A DNA stretch of 64,000 nt from Macrostomum lignano (Eukaryota), in assembly GCA_002269645.1 (NCBI GenBank), contig NIVC01001491.1, forward strand, positions 1 through 64,000. The letters run 5' to 3'. Every line of letters starts with the position of its first letter. Positions within the stretch are counted from its first letter, which is position 1. Under the pieces are notes generated by a model. It searched no databases. It saw only the letters and a list, made by a program, of their open reading frames with translations, and was not told the origin of the DNA. Shown here piece after piece: positions 1-10,851 of this stretch. The translations under genes and the position numbers were made by a program.

Positions 1-52
1 TGAAGAATTTTGAAGTCAGCAGACGCCATAACGTCTATTATCGTAGTTTTAG

Positions 53-3037
53 CTAAGGCCTAAGGCATTTTAAAAGTGCCCAGAGCTTAGGAGCGAAGTA
101 TCCGACTACTGCCGCAAATGAACCGATTCCGACACCAAGGCAAATTGCTGGCCAACTTGACAGTAGCAACACGTGAACCAGTCCGAATGCTAAGACAGCT
201 CCTAGAAGCGCACAGCCTCCCATGGACAGGATGTTGATCAATCGATATTTAAACTCGTGATCAGGCATGGCCAAGTCTGCTTGACGTTTTCGAAGCCAGA
301 CGATCGAGCTAATGATCATCAGCGCAATGAAACCAAGGCCTAAACCCTCGCACCACCATGTTAATCCATCTGGAATGGTGCCAATCACATCACCAACAGG
401 AGAAAATGATGAGAATTGTTTTCCAAATCCTTTAAAAAATCGAAAAACATAAACCATTATAGTGCGCAAAAATCTCAGTACATACTTTGTTCCAAGGCCT
501 GTCACCCGGCTTAACTGAGAGCAGGTAAGGCGGCCATAAATCAGGTAATTAACAAAATGTTCACAGTTGTTAAAAAGTAGGCTGTATTCCTCAATTCCTT
601 CCAGCTCTTTAAACTTGGCATCAATTTGGTCCCAGTTGAGCTCGGAGTTGTGCACCACTTTCTCAATGTGACCCGGGCCCGTCACTCGCAGAAAGCCATC
701 GAACTTCTTAAATCTTAAGCCGACCTTTTCAGCGGAAAACTCGTACGTCATACCGACACCAGTGCACGCAATTGAATCCCACTTAGTGACAATGAAATGA
801 ACCTCAATGTCCTTTCCGTTAGCTTTGCGAGTGAGAATGATGTGGTCAAAAATATTGACGCTGTCTCTTCCAATCTCCTCCACTTCCACCTGTTTTCGGT
901 ACTCTGATCGAACAACTCTTGAACTGCCTTTTCTCCTCTCTCGCAGTAGCTGGTTTTAATCCAGCAACAGAAATCCTCACTCTTTACTCTGCTGCCACAC
1001 TTCTTAACGATTGGGCCGCTGAACCCAAGCCGATCATCGTCCGCGTTTAAGAATGTGAGGCCGAGTAGCTGCTCGACACTGGCAGAGTTGACTTCGCGAC
1101 GTTCTGCGTACCTTACTCGTCGAACGGTTTCGTTCTCTGAAATATTCAGCTGCTCTTTTCTGACACATTTATAAGCAACATTGTTCTCGTACATGCTAAC
1201 TCTCAAGATATCATTGCATCCTTCTACTTTGCTGCAATCCCTTAGAATTGCGTGATGCGAGTACGGAAGGAGCTTCAAAAATCTAACGTGACCCTGCTTG
1301 AATGCATGGAGTTCATCAGCAGAGTTGACGGGGACGCGGGTCTGTTCTCGATTACTCTGGTGCTTGATGCTACACCAGCGAGCGAAGTCCCTCTGCTGTT
1401 CCACTGGATGTTGTGCTGCCTCTCGCCCAGGCGTGAGCGGGCTCTTTCGACGACTTCATTGCTGGAGTACATGCTTTTATCTGAGACATTGTAGGTCACT
1501 CGATAGATTGTGCTCTTCGAGACATTTAAAGTGAAGCTTTTCTCTGCTATGAGTGATCCTAGTTCGTATGAAATGGCACTAAAAGATACTATATCAGAAG
1601 ATTCAACAAAAAACTCAGAATCAGAAGCACTCTCAGATTCGGTAGCACTCTCATTGTCTGTTGCGACACTGGAAACGATACAGTGTTTAAACAGTGGGGA
1701 TCCGCTTCTCATACTGATTGTACACCCTTTCTGTATCTGAGCTGAATCCTTGATTCTTTCGAAAGTGTAACTTGGCTTCTTTCGTCCTCCACCTTCCAGA
1801 GGGCAGTCTAATGCGGCGTCATTGTGTACGCAGAGAATCGCGTCCCGTTCTTTAGCTTCAATGGCAAGCTTTACTTCGATCGGTTCATTGGCTTTTAATT
1901 CTTTTTTTCCATACAGCATAGTAGTAATTTCGACTTTAGAATCGTTGAACGCTACATTAGTTACAACTTGGTAATGGCCCTGAATATATACAATGTCTCC
2001 TTTGTTCAGATTTTCGGCAGGCTTTGTAGGTTTAAAGAATCGAATTCGGAAACTCCAATGTCTTTTAGGCACGTCGACCACTGTTTGCATCCATTCCTCA
2101 TCCGACATGTTAGGGTTGGTCAGATGCAAGCAGAAATCGTGCATTCTAGCTCGCTTATTCTTGTAGATCAGGTTGTTTATTTTTTCAGTGCGATTGGACA
2201 AATCGATACCTTGCAAGTTGACGCTTACTTTTACTAACTTGTTTCTCTGCAGCTCAATTTTCGTTCGTGAACCATCCTGATGTGCTTAGTTCCTGTATCA
2301 ACAGAAGTAGCTCTCATCGTTAATTCAAACTTTGAATTGTTTAATTTAGTGGTCGTCAAGACCTTGCAGTGCAATCTGTCGCGTCCTGCACATTTGACTT
2401 CCAGATGGTCGCCTGATTTCACGGAGTGAATCATATTCTTATTATCTTCAGAGACGTAAATCGGGACTAAGTTATCTGGCCGATGGCTGGAACACCTGGT
2501 TTTGCACCACCTGACGAAGTCTGAAGCCATGTTTCCAAAAAATGAGTGCTGAGCTTCGTTTACACGGCTCCGAGCTCGCTGAACCACAACTTCAGGTGAG
2601 TAGCACCATTCATTTGGCTGGTGCTGAAGCCAACATTTCGGCTTTAAGACCGATGAGCTTCCATCCGCTTGAATACTGAAAACATCGCGAACTATCCGGC
2701 GTTTAATTCCCTGCCTACCGTAGTAAATGGCACTAATTGTCGCCTTTTCAAAATTTTCGTTTGCGTCTTTTTTTACTTCGACGCTGTCCACAATCATCCT
2801 GTAACTGAATCCGCAGTACTTTCTGCTTATCACGTCTCCGGGAGACAATTTTTGAATGGTCTCTTTAGTAATCAACTCCCAGTTGTCTTTAAGTGAAGTA
2901 CAATGCGTTTCGGCATTGTGTTGCTCATTACTGTCTGAGTTTATAGCTGCAGTGCTACTGAGGTTCTGTTCGCTATCTTGATCAGAATCAACATGTAAAA
3001 GTTCTCCACGTTCATCGCTAACGACTTCTTGCTGCAT
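53..3037 (-). CDS. Tandem LRAT-like (NlpC/P60 permuted fold) multidomain protein with C-terminal transmembrane helices, ~995 aa after correcting three 1-nt frameshifts (ORFs 2234-3037, 1275-2216, 748-1404 and 53-889 joined)
   Basis: The last domain has the LRAT motif YSLLFNNCEHFVNY. Upstream repeats end in degenerate versions: VVQRARSRV..GNMASDFVRWCKT, VVERARSRLG..WNS.DFARWC, KSEDFCCWIKT. Adding 1 nt at ~2260 (A-run), ~1395 and ~893 (A-run) fuses all four ORFs. A polypyrimidine tract + cag acceptor sits directly before the ATG at 3037. The C-terminus has 2-3 hydrophobic helices. Confidence 0.75.
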
Positions 3038-4080
3038 CTGAAGTAAGATATAGAAATTGGAGAGTTTCTCGAAAGCACAAATGTTTTAAAGATGTTTAAA
3101 AAACACGAACGCACTGTGCTTTCGATAAAGAACGTCCTGGTTCAGAAAATCTGAACCTAGTTATATGCCACAGAGGGTGGCACAGATTAGTGCCTCTGAT
3201 CATCGCTCAAGGCTATTGGCTTTACCCTACCTATCTGTTTGTGCAGTTTTTGCTCAGGACCAAAATCACGGGCACAAAGTATGTATGCCATGCACACGTG
3301 TTGGGCACTTTTTTGGGACAAGCTGATACAATTGGACCCGTTCGTTCTATTATCTGCCAACTAACAAGTACCAGTCGCATTTACATGTAGTTATACAGAA
3401 ATTTGCAGAAACAATAGCGATCCAGAATACTTACTTCTACGCAGCCGTTGGGGTTTGCAAGCAAAACTAGTAAATTTTGTCGAAGCTGACAGGTGAACTG
3501 CTGCTTATAAAATTCCAAATAGCCAGCGGAAAAATTGCTGAAAATTACTTTCAAGCAGCTATTTTTCTACGGGTTTTAGCTGCCAGTGCAAACCTGGCTT
3601 TAGTCAGCCAGCCCAGCTTGGCTCTGGCCTTGCGTAGCGAGTATTTTATTTCATCAGAAAGATGATATCTTTCTGAATCGAAATCGTCCCTGATATGATA
3701 AGACGTGCAACATGTGACACGCTAAGATTCACATTTTTCAACTTTTAAACGGTGCCATTTTAAATGGCATGACGAATTTACAAACGGTTTTCGCTAAAAT
3801 TCGTCAAACACCTGCGGCTACCAGATCCACAGTGTTTGGTTGCCATGGCGTTGGGTTGTCAAAAACGTTGATCTCAATTATAGGGGCAGGAAAATATGGC
3901 AGCGCTTAGCGAGCTGCGTCAGTAAACACGGGCATCCAAGCTAAAATGATATAAAATGGATTTTTGTCTCGCACTTTATCTTCTTTCCATATACTAAAAA
4001 TCTGGGCTAACAGTACAAAAACTTGTTTTTTAATGTCGAAAAAATGGTCTTTTTTCAACTTGGCCCGTACGTACTGCCTT

Positions 4081-7000
4081 GACTTACTTGACTTAGCTGC
4101 AGGGCGGTCCGAAGACGCAGCGGGGAGGCGAGCGTCGCCCATTCCACTAATCCCTGAGAAGACCCGCAAAGGCTAGGGCGCGGGGCCGGTCAGGGAGGTC
4201 TGCCGGTCCTGTCTGCAGCGTTGTCTTCGGTGGGGAAGACGGAGGCTCGTTTGGTAGCCCGGAGGAACCGGATGAGCCGTGGGATGTTCTCGGGCCGGCA
4301 AGCGTCGTCCAGGGACGGGTTGGGCCCGAGGTGGTTGAGCCGGTCTCGTTTGAGGGCCGGGCAGTAGCAGACGAAGTGCTTGGCGTCTTCGTTCTCGAGG
4401 TTGCAGAAAGGGCAGAGTTCGCTCCGGCGAACACTTCGGAGAAAGCAGTGCCTGGCAAAGCAACCGTGACCTGTGAAGGTCATTATGAGAGCGCGGATAT
4501 CTTTTCGATTTTGATTCAAAAGGATTCTCCGCAGCTTGAGGGATGAATTGGGCACTGCAGCACGGGACTGGCGGCAGTTGGAAATGCCACCCCATCTGCT
4601 TTAGTGCAGGATGTCTCACGATTAATGACCGTGGCGGGGATGGGGGCCAGGGGCACAGGGCCAAGGAGCGAGCCAGAACTACCCGCCTTGGCGAGGGAGT
4701 CGGCGAGCTCGTTACCTTTGAACCCAGTGTGTCCTGGGATCCACGTGAGCCGGACGGTGTTCCTCCAAGCCAGCTTGTTGAGCTGCCCGGTACAGTCGCG
4801 GACTGTTCGGGAGTTCGTAGTGGTGTGACACAGGGCCTGTAAAGCGGCCTGGCTGTCAGAGTGGAAGAAGATTCCTCTGTCCTTGAAGTCCCTGCAGTGG
4901 AGCTCAGCTGCACAGGAGCTGATGGCAAGGATTTCGTTCTGGAAGACGCTGGAGAGTCTGCCAGTGTGTTGGGCGTGAGTAGCGATCACGCGGCCGTTGA
5001 TAAGGATACAGACTCCAAAGCCGGATAAACCGTCTTTGGAGGATCCGTCAATGAAGCAGTGAACCTCCTGAGGGGCCCAGCTGTCGTTGGCGTTCTCCCT
5101 GGCGGGGATAGTGACCTTAAAGCGTTGTTAGAGATTTAGGGAGCGCGGCTCAGCGTCCGAAAGGACAGCCGCACTCCCGCTCTCCTCCAGAACTTTAAGG
5201 CACAGGTCAGAGTGCGGCAGGAGCTAGCGCTCCGCCATCGCTCTTTGTGGCTTGAAGCTAACGCCAGCCTCGATGAGCCGGCTGGTGGTTTTAGCAGCCT
5301 CGCGACGGACAAAGATGTCCAGAGGCGGGAGGCAAAGGAAGGCGTTGAGGCCGTCAAAGGGAGCAGAGAGCGGGGCATTCAGAATCATGCGGCACGCGCG
5401 TCCCTGCACCTTTTTAAGGGCTTCGTTGCATGTTTTAATCTGCAAGGCGCTGGTCCAGACCAGGCCGGCGTAAGTAACGCAGGAAACCGGTGCATTTCAC
5501 CGCCTCTCGCAGGAAAGCTTGCACAATGCCGTCCGGTCCTGGGGATTTAAAGGGTTGAAGGAGACTGCTTTAGGAACGCGGTCCTCCGTGATGATTGAGT
5601 CAGCCAGTACGTGACCGCCCACTGAGTGGTCAGGGGGGGGGGGTCGGGCCTGGCTGGCTCGTTCGGGAAAAACGCTGTTAGCATCGCTTCCAGTGTTCCT
5701 CCTGGGTTCTCAGTGAGCGAGCCGTCGGCTCTCTTGACTGAGGAGAGTTTGGACATTTTGTCCAGGGTGAGGACTTTAACGATTCTGGAGGTGGGGCGGG
5801 AGCCCTCAAGTTCCTCACAGTATTCGCGCCACTTGTTGGTTTTGGCGTTCCTAACCTGCCTCTTGAACTCGTGGATAGAGTTCAGGTAGGCGGTTTGGTC
5901 GGCCAGGTTTTTAGTTTTTTGGGGCCTGCGGTGAAGCCTTTTGGCTCTGCGACGGAGGTCGCCAAGCTGCGGGTTCCACCATGGGGCCGACTGTTTGCCT
6001 TTATATGCATTTAGTGGGCATGAGGCTTCGAAGGCAGCAGTGAGCGAGTCCGTAAGTGCGGCCGCAAATTCATCTGCTTCCTCGCAACTGTTGATGGAGA
6101 CTGGAGCGCTAGTGCAACGATAGGTCTCCTCCAGAGCAAGCCTGATGGCGGTCCAGTCGGTATTCCTTGCATTCCGTTTCCAGTAAAGCTGGCCTGCGTT
6201 TCGGGCGCTGGCCAGCGTGGAGATGAACTTGTGATCGGAGAGGGACGCCTCAGAAAGCACCCGCCACTCCCTAGTACTCTGGAAGCGTGGCGAGGGTGGC
6301 ATCCAGCACCTCCGATCGGCGTCCGTTATTGAAAGTAGGGGTATTACCCGAGTTACAGAACTCAAGGGTTGTAGTAGTGATATAAGCCAGGAAGTCTTCA
6401 CCTCTCTGGTTAATATCAGAACTGCCCCAGTGGGTGAGGTGGGCGTTGATATCGCCTGCCACAAGCAGCTCATAATTCCTGGTGGAGCAGAGCTCGACCA
6501 GTGTGACAAGCTCTACTGGGATCATCTCGCCGTCGCCCGGTAGGTATAGACCGAGGCGATGAGGGTAGTCCTCCCAGGGAGTATGTCTTCAGACTGGATG
6601 ACACAGATGTCCCTGGTAGACAGGTCCGATCTGAGCCATGCGTTAATAGAACTGGACACCATGATGCAGGATCTTGGTGTCAGGTTTCCCTCCCGGGTGC
6701 CAGCGGTTAAACACTGGTAGCCGGTGGGGACATGTTGGGGCCTGCCCCTTAGCGTCCAAGGTTCCTGGATAAGGATAATCCCTGGCGCGTCTTGGTCAGT
6801 GTGCTTCAATAGGTTGACTGAAGCAGCAATGCTGTGCTGCAGGTTGACCTGCAAGTAGTGGATGCCCTGGGAGACAGTCATGTCTACTGTCCAGGGGAGG
6901 AGAAAAGCAACTCATTATCAGCCTCATCGGTGAGAGTTGAGTCGCCAATTTCCATTGGCTCAGGCTCAGCCGTCTCCTCAGCCGCCGCGGAGGCGGACAC

Positions 7001-7199
7001 GGCGCCCACGGCAGGTGAGTCACCTAGCCGCGCTACACCGCCCTCCTCCCCAGCGACTGGGGTACGGCTGCTGCCTTCGCCTTGTGCCCGCCGTCGGGAG
7101 TCTGAGCTCGGCCGGCAGCGGAGGATGGTCAGTTGGTGGAGACCAAGGCGGAAGTTTGAGCCATGCGGTAGCCGCTTGGCCCATCCCTCCGTCAGGCCT
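4081..7199 (-). mobile_element. Non-LTR retrotransposon (I/R1/LOA-type LINE with RNase H), 5'-truncated, RT core deleted
   Basis: 13-bp TSD TACGTACTGCCTT at 4068-4080 and 7200-7212. ORF2 starts at 6881 with APE endonuclease motifs (QVNLQHS, ILIQEPW, VAGDINAH..WGS, TPTF). RNase H motifs (FIDGS, EILAI, SDSQAAL, WIPGHTGFKGNELADSLAK) at ~4680-5070. CCHC knuckle (CPFC..EDAKHFVCYC) at ~4330-4420. Short AAGT(C)-type repeat tail. Multiple frameshifts. Confidence 0.92.
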
Positions 7200-9029
7200 T
7201 ACGTACTGCCTTACGTCAACAACACCTGAAGCTTTTTGTAGCACTTTAGTTTTTTACGCTAAAATATACTTTTGACATGACTGTCTATGTGCACTTTAAA
7301 AGTACACATTTTTTATAAAGATGAAAAACTTTATTTTCAAAATTTTCTAACCCAAATTGCTCTACTGGATGCCCTCTATTCAAGCATACATGTAACTCAT
7401 ATGGAGCTTTTTGTTCCTAGATTTACTAAGCATTTGGAGCTATCCTTGCGGAGCAGTGGCCTAGAAACCAGGAAAAAACTCGTTCAAATGACATAAGGCA
7501 CTCATGGAAAAAACCCCTGTTAACAGGTACTTTTTACCTGTTTATTGAACAACGACCCTTTTTGTGGATACCAAATTTTGAAGTTGAAAAATAAGGATTT
7601 TTGTGCACTTTAAATTTAGTGCAGTAGCCAACGCTGAAGTTTACCGGTAACTGGTCATACGCCAACATGGCTAGAAAATTCGTATTTTTGAGAATATTGC
7701 TTCTGAATTTTGAAAGGGCCGTTTTTAGGCAAGTTTTGAGTACAACTTTACTAAAATAACTCTGCATTTGCGCGACATGGAGACTCAGGTTTGGTGTCTA
7801 TAAACAGCGCCTTGGACGGACTATGCAACTGTACCAGTTCTGAATACTGATTCCTAAGTTAGCAGGTGTCAATACCTGTTTGTTTACCTGTAGGAACAGG
7901 TGAAAATGTATAGTTTGGCGTCTAGTAGCCGCAAAATTTGTTAACATATTTTGATGTATGCGCCTTGATGTTATCTCTGAAACGACAGGCAACTCGTGTT
8001 TTGTAGGTAGAGGTGTTGCGATGCGGTCAGCAGAAATGTATGAAAAGCTGCTAAAATCTTAGAAGTGGCTGCTAAAGGCAATCATCAATATTAAATGTGT
8101 GTAGTGTAGTGATTGCTCATAAGCTAGTGGATTATGTCAGAACTAAGGTTTGAAGCCCTAGTGCTGGTTGGAATTTTTTAAGTTTGAAGATATTTTAGCG
8201 AACAGAATTTTTTGTATATTCCAAGGGAGAAAAGAGTAGCACCCAATCTCTTGGACGGCAGCAAGTATAACTACTGAAAAAAAGACATTTTTTCGATACA
8301 TATAGGCAAGGATGTCGCGTGTACAGGGAGTCAAAGTCGAGGGGAGGCGGGGTGTGGGCTGAGGGTGAAGTGGGGGCTGTGGGGGCGGCGAGACCCCCAC
8401 ATGACATCCCATACCCAAACCCAACAGCCAAGTCGACGGGAGGGTATAACTATGTACTCGTATAACTAAATATAGCCCACTAATTAGTTTCTTAATTAAG
8501 TTCTTAACAACTCACACTGGGGAATTTCTGAGATGTCAATTCCTTCTAAAAGTACAACTCGAATGTAAAACAAGTTTTCGTCAATTTTTAGTGTAAGCAT
8601 CCATCTGCCCCAGTTTATGAGTGGCCATGCCGACTGCCACAGCAGCCAACTAATTGGCTGATAACTTTTTTGAAATAAATAACTAGCTTACTTATTAAAC
8701 TGGATCAATATTTTTGTTTCACTGAATCAGTTAGATCAACTAATTTTAAATCAACTTTTCAAAATCAAATTTCAAATCTTATTAAAGCATAACGCATTTT
8801 AAGCAGACGACTCATGAAACAGATGTTTAAAAATAAATGCAAAAATTGAATATTGATAAAATCCGATTTTGCTATTTGAATCTTACATGTAACATTACAC
8901 TAAAATAATTGGTAATTAGTTCAAAAATTAAAATTAAATTTGCAGTAAAAATGTTTTTAATCTTGTAGATTTTGGCGTTATTGGCACCTTTAAGTGATGA
9001 AGTAGGCTAAGGAGCGAGAGAGGGGTATA

Positions 9030-10816
9030 GAGTGAGGAAGAGAGGTCAGTGAGGGAGAGTGGTCAGTGAGGGAGAGTGGTGAGTGAGGGAGAGTGGTGAG
9101 TGAGGAAGAGAGGTCAGTGAGGGAGAGTGGTCAGTGAGGGAGAGTGGTGAGTGAGGGAGAGTGGTGAGTGAGAGAGAGTGGTGAGTGATGGAGAGTGGTG
9201 AGTGAGAGAGAGTGGTGAGTGAGGGAGAGTGGTGAGTGATGGAGAGTGGTGAGTGAGGGAGAGTGGTGAGTGAGGGAGAGTGGTGAGTGAGAGAGAGTGG
9301 TGAGTGAGGGAGAGTGGTGAGTGAGGGAGAGTGGTGAGTGAGGGAGAGTGGTGAGTGAGGGAGAGTGGTGAGTGAGGGAGAGTGGTGAGTGAGGGAGAGT
9401 GGTGAGTGAGTGAGGGAGGGTGGTGAGTGAGGGAGAGTGGTGAGTGAGGGAGAGTGGTGAGTGAGGGAGAGTGGTGAGTGAGGGAGAGTGGTGAGTGAGG
9501 GAGAGTGGTGAGTGAGGGAGAGTGGTGAGTGAGGGAGAGTGGTGAGTGAGGGAGAGTGGTGAGTGAGGGAGAGTGGTGAGTGAGGGAGAGTGGTGAGTGA
9601 GGGAGAGTGGTGAGTGAGGGAGAGTGGTGAGTGAGGGAGAGTGGTGAGTGAGGGAGAGTGGTGAGTGAGGGAGAGTGGTGAGTGAGGGAGAGTGGTGAGT
9701 GAGGGAGAGTGGTGAGTGAGGGAGAGTGGTGAGTGAGGGAGAGTGGTGAGTGAGGGAGAGTGGTGAGTGAGGGAGAGTGGTGAGTGAGGGAGAGTGGTGA
9801 GTGAGGGAGAGTGGTGAGTGAGGGAGAGTGGTGAGTGAGGGAGAGTGGTGAGTGAGGAAGAGAGGTCAGTGAGGGAGAGTGGTGAGTGAGAGAGAGTGGT
9901 GAGTGAGGGAGAGTGGTGAGTGAGGGAGAGTGGTGAGTGAGTGAGGGAGGGTGGTGAGTGAGGGAGAGTGGTGAGTGAGGGAGAGTGGTGAGTGAGGGAG
10001 AGTGGTGAGTGAGGGAGAGTGGTGAGTGAGGGAGAGTGGTGAGTGAGGGAGAGTGGTGAGTGAGGGAGAGTGGTGAGTGAGGGAGAGTGGTGAGTGAGGG
10101 AGAGTGGTGAGTGAGGGAGAGTGGTGAGTGAGGGAGAGTGGTGAGTGAGGGAGGGTGGTGAGTGATGGAGAGTGGTGAGTGAGGGAGAGTGGTGAGTGAG
10201 GGAGAGTGGTGAGTGAGGGAGAGTGGTGAGTGAGGGAGAGTGGTGAGTGAGGGAGAGTGGTGAGTGAGGGAGGGTGGTGAGTGATGGAGAGTGGTGAGTG
10301 AGGGAGAGTGGTGAGTGAGGGAGAGTGGTGAGTGAGGGAGAGTGGTGAGTGAGGAGGGTGGTGAGTGAGGGAGAGTGGTGAGTGAGGGAGAGTGGTGAGT
10401 GAGGGAGAGTGGTGAGTGAGGGAGAGTGGTGAGTGAGGGAGAGTGGTGAGTGAGGGAGGGTGGTGAGTGATGGAGAGTGGTGAGTGAGGGAGAGTGGTGA
10501 GTGAGGGAGAGTGGTGAGTGAGGGAGAGTGGTGAGTGAGAAAGAGAGGTCAGTGAGGGAGAGTGGTGAGTGAGAGAGAGTGGTGAGTGAGGGAGAGTGGT
10601 GAGTGAGGGAGAGTGGTGAGTGAGGGAGAGTGGTGAGTGAGGGAGAGTGGTGAGTGATGGAGAGTGGTGAGTGAGGGAGAGTGGTGAGTGAGGGAGAGTG
10701 GTGAGTGAGGGAGAGTGGTGAGTGAGGGAGAGTGGTGAGTGAGGGAGAGTGGTGAGTGAGGGAGAGTGGTGAGTGAGGGAGAGTGGTGAGTGAGGGAGGG
10801 TGGTGAGTGAGAGAGT
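9030..10816. repeat. 17-bp minisatellite (GAGAGTGGTGAGTGAGG)n, ~105 copies
   Basis: Direct tandem periodicity; explains the spurious LTHHSPSLTTLPHSPLS ORF. Confidence 0.97.
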
Positions 10817-10851
10817 AGACAGTCATCAAGGTCAGTCATCAGTGAGCAGGG

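Noticed and set aside
4147-7275. Many short overlapping ORFs on both strands
   Set aside because: Shadow frames of the GC-rich LINE ORF2.
7260-8980. Possible DNA-transposon/MITE remnants around the LINE insertion
   Set aside because: No TIR pair, TSD or coding motif could be supported by eye.
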